Part shown: positions 54,271-55,920 of the stretch, piece by piece
Layout of the letters: each line of letters begins with the position of its first letter
How positions within the stretch are numbered: the stretch's first letter is position 1
DNA from: Flavobacteriales bacterium
GTDB taxonomy: Bacteria > Bacteroidota > Bacteroidia > CAIKAF01
DNA length: 55,920 bases
Direction of reading: 5' to 3'
NCBI GenBank assembly: GCA_025451295.1
Contig: JANWKQ010000041.1
Coordinates: 1 to 55,920 of the forward strand
Notes under the pieces: generated by a model
Seen by the model: only the letters and a program-made list of their open reading frames with translations
Told to the model about the DNA's origin: nothing
Databases searched by the model: none
Position numbers and translations under genes: made by a program

Positions 54271-55683
54271 TTACTTAAAGTACCCCGGAAATTTCTCCTT
54301 AAAAAAATTGGAAACGATCCTGTTCTCCGGATCCGTTTTCTTTTTGAGCTCAATCAACTCCTGGATCTCTTTTCCATACATTTTCTCCAGCAGATCTGTT
54401 TCAATAAAAAGATTTTTCACCAGATTCATCTTCCCCTTCATCTCAACACATAATTCATTCAGCTCTTTATAAAAAGCCATCAGGTTTTTTTCTTTGGTGG
54501 TGTCGAAAAAGGTGGTGTTAACGTAAAAACCATCTATATCCCTTGAAGCCGACAAAACAAAGGGTTCGTCTTTAGGGATGTACATGAGGTCGAACATTCC
54601 AAAGTGTAAATCGTATGAAATCAATAATTCACAAACCTTTTGTGTAAATCGGGTTACCTGATCTCCTATTAATGGAATAAAATACGAGTTTTGATACAGT
54701 TTGGGTCTTTTTCCAAAAAATGAAAATATCCTGCCAATATATTTTTGATATAAATAATCGGTATCCGCCCATAAAATTCCATAGTGGATCTTATTCGAAC
54801 CCTTTAATACTCTTTTTTTCTGAATACTTCGTTTTTCGTCTTTTACCATTTCTTTGCTGGCATAACGTGGAAAAAAACGAACGATCAGCATGGTAAACAT
54901 ACCAATGTATCTATAGATACTGAAATGAGATTGTGGCTTTCGGATGGGAACATATAATCGATCATATACGCCAAATTTTGGGGTTGATCCATCGAAATAA
55001 AACAAAGAACCCTGAGATCCTAAATCTTCAGGTTTTTTATATTCTTTGGATTCCCTTACATTAAAGCGTGTTTCAATATCTTCTATGGTATCATAGAGCT
55101 TAGCTGTTACCTGGATCTCAAAAGGTTTTCCGATATAGAATAACTTGTATTTTATCCGGGTAATAAATCCAAGCATACCTAAACCTGTGATCACTCCGTA
55201 AAAAATGTCTGCATTTTTTTCTCTGGAGCAGGTAAGAATTTCACCGGACGGAATAAGTAGATCCAATTCGATGCAATGTTTGCCTTCCTTACCGCAGCCG
55301 GGTGTCCAAACAGAATTGGTATGTGCCGATAAAGTCCCACCAGCGGTGGGTTTTGAACCCGTGATTGTAGTGAACGGAACACAGAAATGATCATAAGCGA
55401 TCTTTAAAATATTGCCCCAATTGGCACCCGGACCTACTTCAATAGTCTTATCCTGTGTATTGAAACGGATCCAATTTATTTTTTTAAGAGAGATCACCAG
55501 ATCCGAACCGGAATTCTGGTTATCAAAAGAATGAAAAGTACCCGCAACTGTTATTTTTCGGTTGTGTATCCTTGCGAATTGCAGGATCTCTTTTATTTCT
55601 TCAACATTTTCAGGATACAACACATCAGCCGTCGACTTATAATAACTTCCATAGCTATAATATGTTTTACGTTGCCCTTTCAT
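54271..55683 (-). CDS. PCMH-type FAD-binding oxidoreductase (FAD_binding_4 family)
   Basis: The FAD domain includes NVEEIKEILQFARIHNRKITVAGTFHSF, EVGPGANWGNI, GGTLSAHTNS and DIFYGVITGLGMLGFITRIKYKL. The C-terminal DPENR tail is typical of FAD-linked oxidases. Confidence 0.75.
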   Translation of the reverse strand: MKGQRKTYYSYGSYYKSTADVLYPENVEEIKEILQFARIHNRKITVAGTFHSFDNQNSGSDLVISLKKINWIRFNTQDKTIEVGPGANWGNILKIAYDHFCVPFTTITGSKPTAGGTLSAHTNSVWTPGCGKEGKHCIELDLLIPSGEILTCSREKNADIFYGVITGLGMLGFITRIKYKLFYIGKPFEIQVTAKLYDTIEDIETRFNVRESKEYKKPEDLGSQGSLFYFDGSTPKFGVYDRLYVPIRKPQSHFSIYRYIGMFTMLIVRFFPRYASKEMVKDEKRSIQKKRVLKGSNKIHYGILWADTDYLYQKYIGRIFSFFGKRPKLYQNSYFIPLIGDQVTRFTQKVCELLISYDLHFGMFDLMYIPKDEPFVLSASRDIDGFYVNTTFFDTTKEKNLMAFYKELNELCVEMKGKMNLVKNLFIETDLLEKMYGKEIQELIELKKKTDPENRIVSNFFKEKFPGYFK

Positions 55684-55690
55684 GTACAGG

Positions 55691-55698
55691 CAAAGATA
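55691..55698 (-). promoter_or_regulatory. -7 promoter box TATCTTTG close to the FAD-oxidoreductase ATG
   Basis: Perfect TAnnTTTG on the minus strand, 7 nt before the ATG at 55683. Confidence 0.3.
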
Positions 55699-55760
55699 GG
55701 AGAAAGCTGAATCCCTCCAAGAGAAACTACTTGTGGCCTATAATATCTCTATCACCGTTA

Positions 55761-55919
55761 TCATCTGTTGCAGTTTTTAATTATTTTTTCCAACACACCA
55801 TTCATGGCGACAAGTTCATCATTGGTGCAATCTATAAGCGCTGTCTTTCGGTTGTTTTTAATCGTAGGCATGATCGCATCAATGATGCCATGTCCTGATC
55901 TGGTGATCGTTAGTTGTAC
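55761..55919 (-). CDS. 3' end of an unidentified gene running off the window edge
   Basis: An open minus-strand frame runs from the window edge (VQLTITRSGHGIIDAIMPTIKNNRKTALIDCTNDELVAMNGVLEKIIKNCNR) to the TGA at 55761..55763. It is absent from the track because fewer than 60 codons are visible. Confidence 0.4.
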   Translation of the reverse strand, partial: VQLTITRSGHGIIDAIMPTIKNNRKTALIDCTNDELVAMNGVLEKIIKNCNR

Positions 55920-55920
55920 C

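Noticed and set aside
54239-54472. A 77-aa plus-strand ORF starting in the GGCAACAAAAAA repeat arm.
   Set aside because: It begins inside the inverted-repeat arm and then runs antisense through the 3' end of the FAD-oxidoreductase gene. Its sequence is low-complexity and Ser/Phe-rich.
1-55920. Mobile elements, prophage, integrative islands or defence systems.
   Set aside because: I recognised no transposase, integrase, recombinase, restriction-modification, nuclease-helicase or Cas-like ORF, and there is no flanking tRNA. The only accessory hallmarks are the short intergenic repeats reported above.

Overview
This is a 55.9-kb chromosomal segment that looks like Bacteroidota. Evidence: T9SS C-terminal sorting domains, a PorT-like barrel, a CarboxypepD_reg-type TonB-dependent receptor, recurrent TAnnTTTG -7 promoter boxes, and almost no Shine-Dalgarno sequences. 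The sequence is AT-rich, roughly 40% GC by eye. I call 56 protein-coding genes, two of them truncated at the window edges and one a 57-aa ORF below the 60-aa cutoff of the ORF track. I found no rRNA, tRNA, CRISPR array, transposase, integrase or phage gene. Coordinates 1-46 kb are mostly housekeeping: dnaA, gltX, folB, an mpl-like Mur ligase, ubiE/menG, a class-I aminotransferase, comEC, sanA, an LMW-PTP and a SCO1/cytochrome c set. These are interspersed with exported or T9SS proteins, a PhoD-like phosphatase, an MBOAT/AlgJ-like O-acyltransferase pair and a split 5'-nucleotidase. The last 10 kb (46.3-55.9 kb) looks accessory. It holds a VWA plus VIT-VWA gene pair, two tandem paralogous small secreted proteins of unknown fold, and a minus-strand unit. 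That unit runs promoter, unannotated 57-aa TM peptide, SAM methyltransferase with an uncharacterised N-domain, then an LtaS/EptA-like membrane phosphotransferase. It lies downstream of a PCMH-type FAD oxidoreductase. These blocks are separated by unusual GC-rich palindromic or dispersed intergenic repeats. Other points worth a look are an orphan minus-strand intrinsic terminator with a -7 box in the 360-bp gap upstream of the mpl-like gene (candidate sRNA), and a canonical GGAGGTGA Shine-Dalgarno in front of dnaA. I see no recognisable defence system. The candidate for something undescribed is the envelope-modification-like unit at 51-54 kb and its neighbours. All functional calls come from motif recognition by eye, not from searches.
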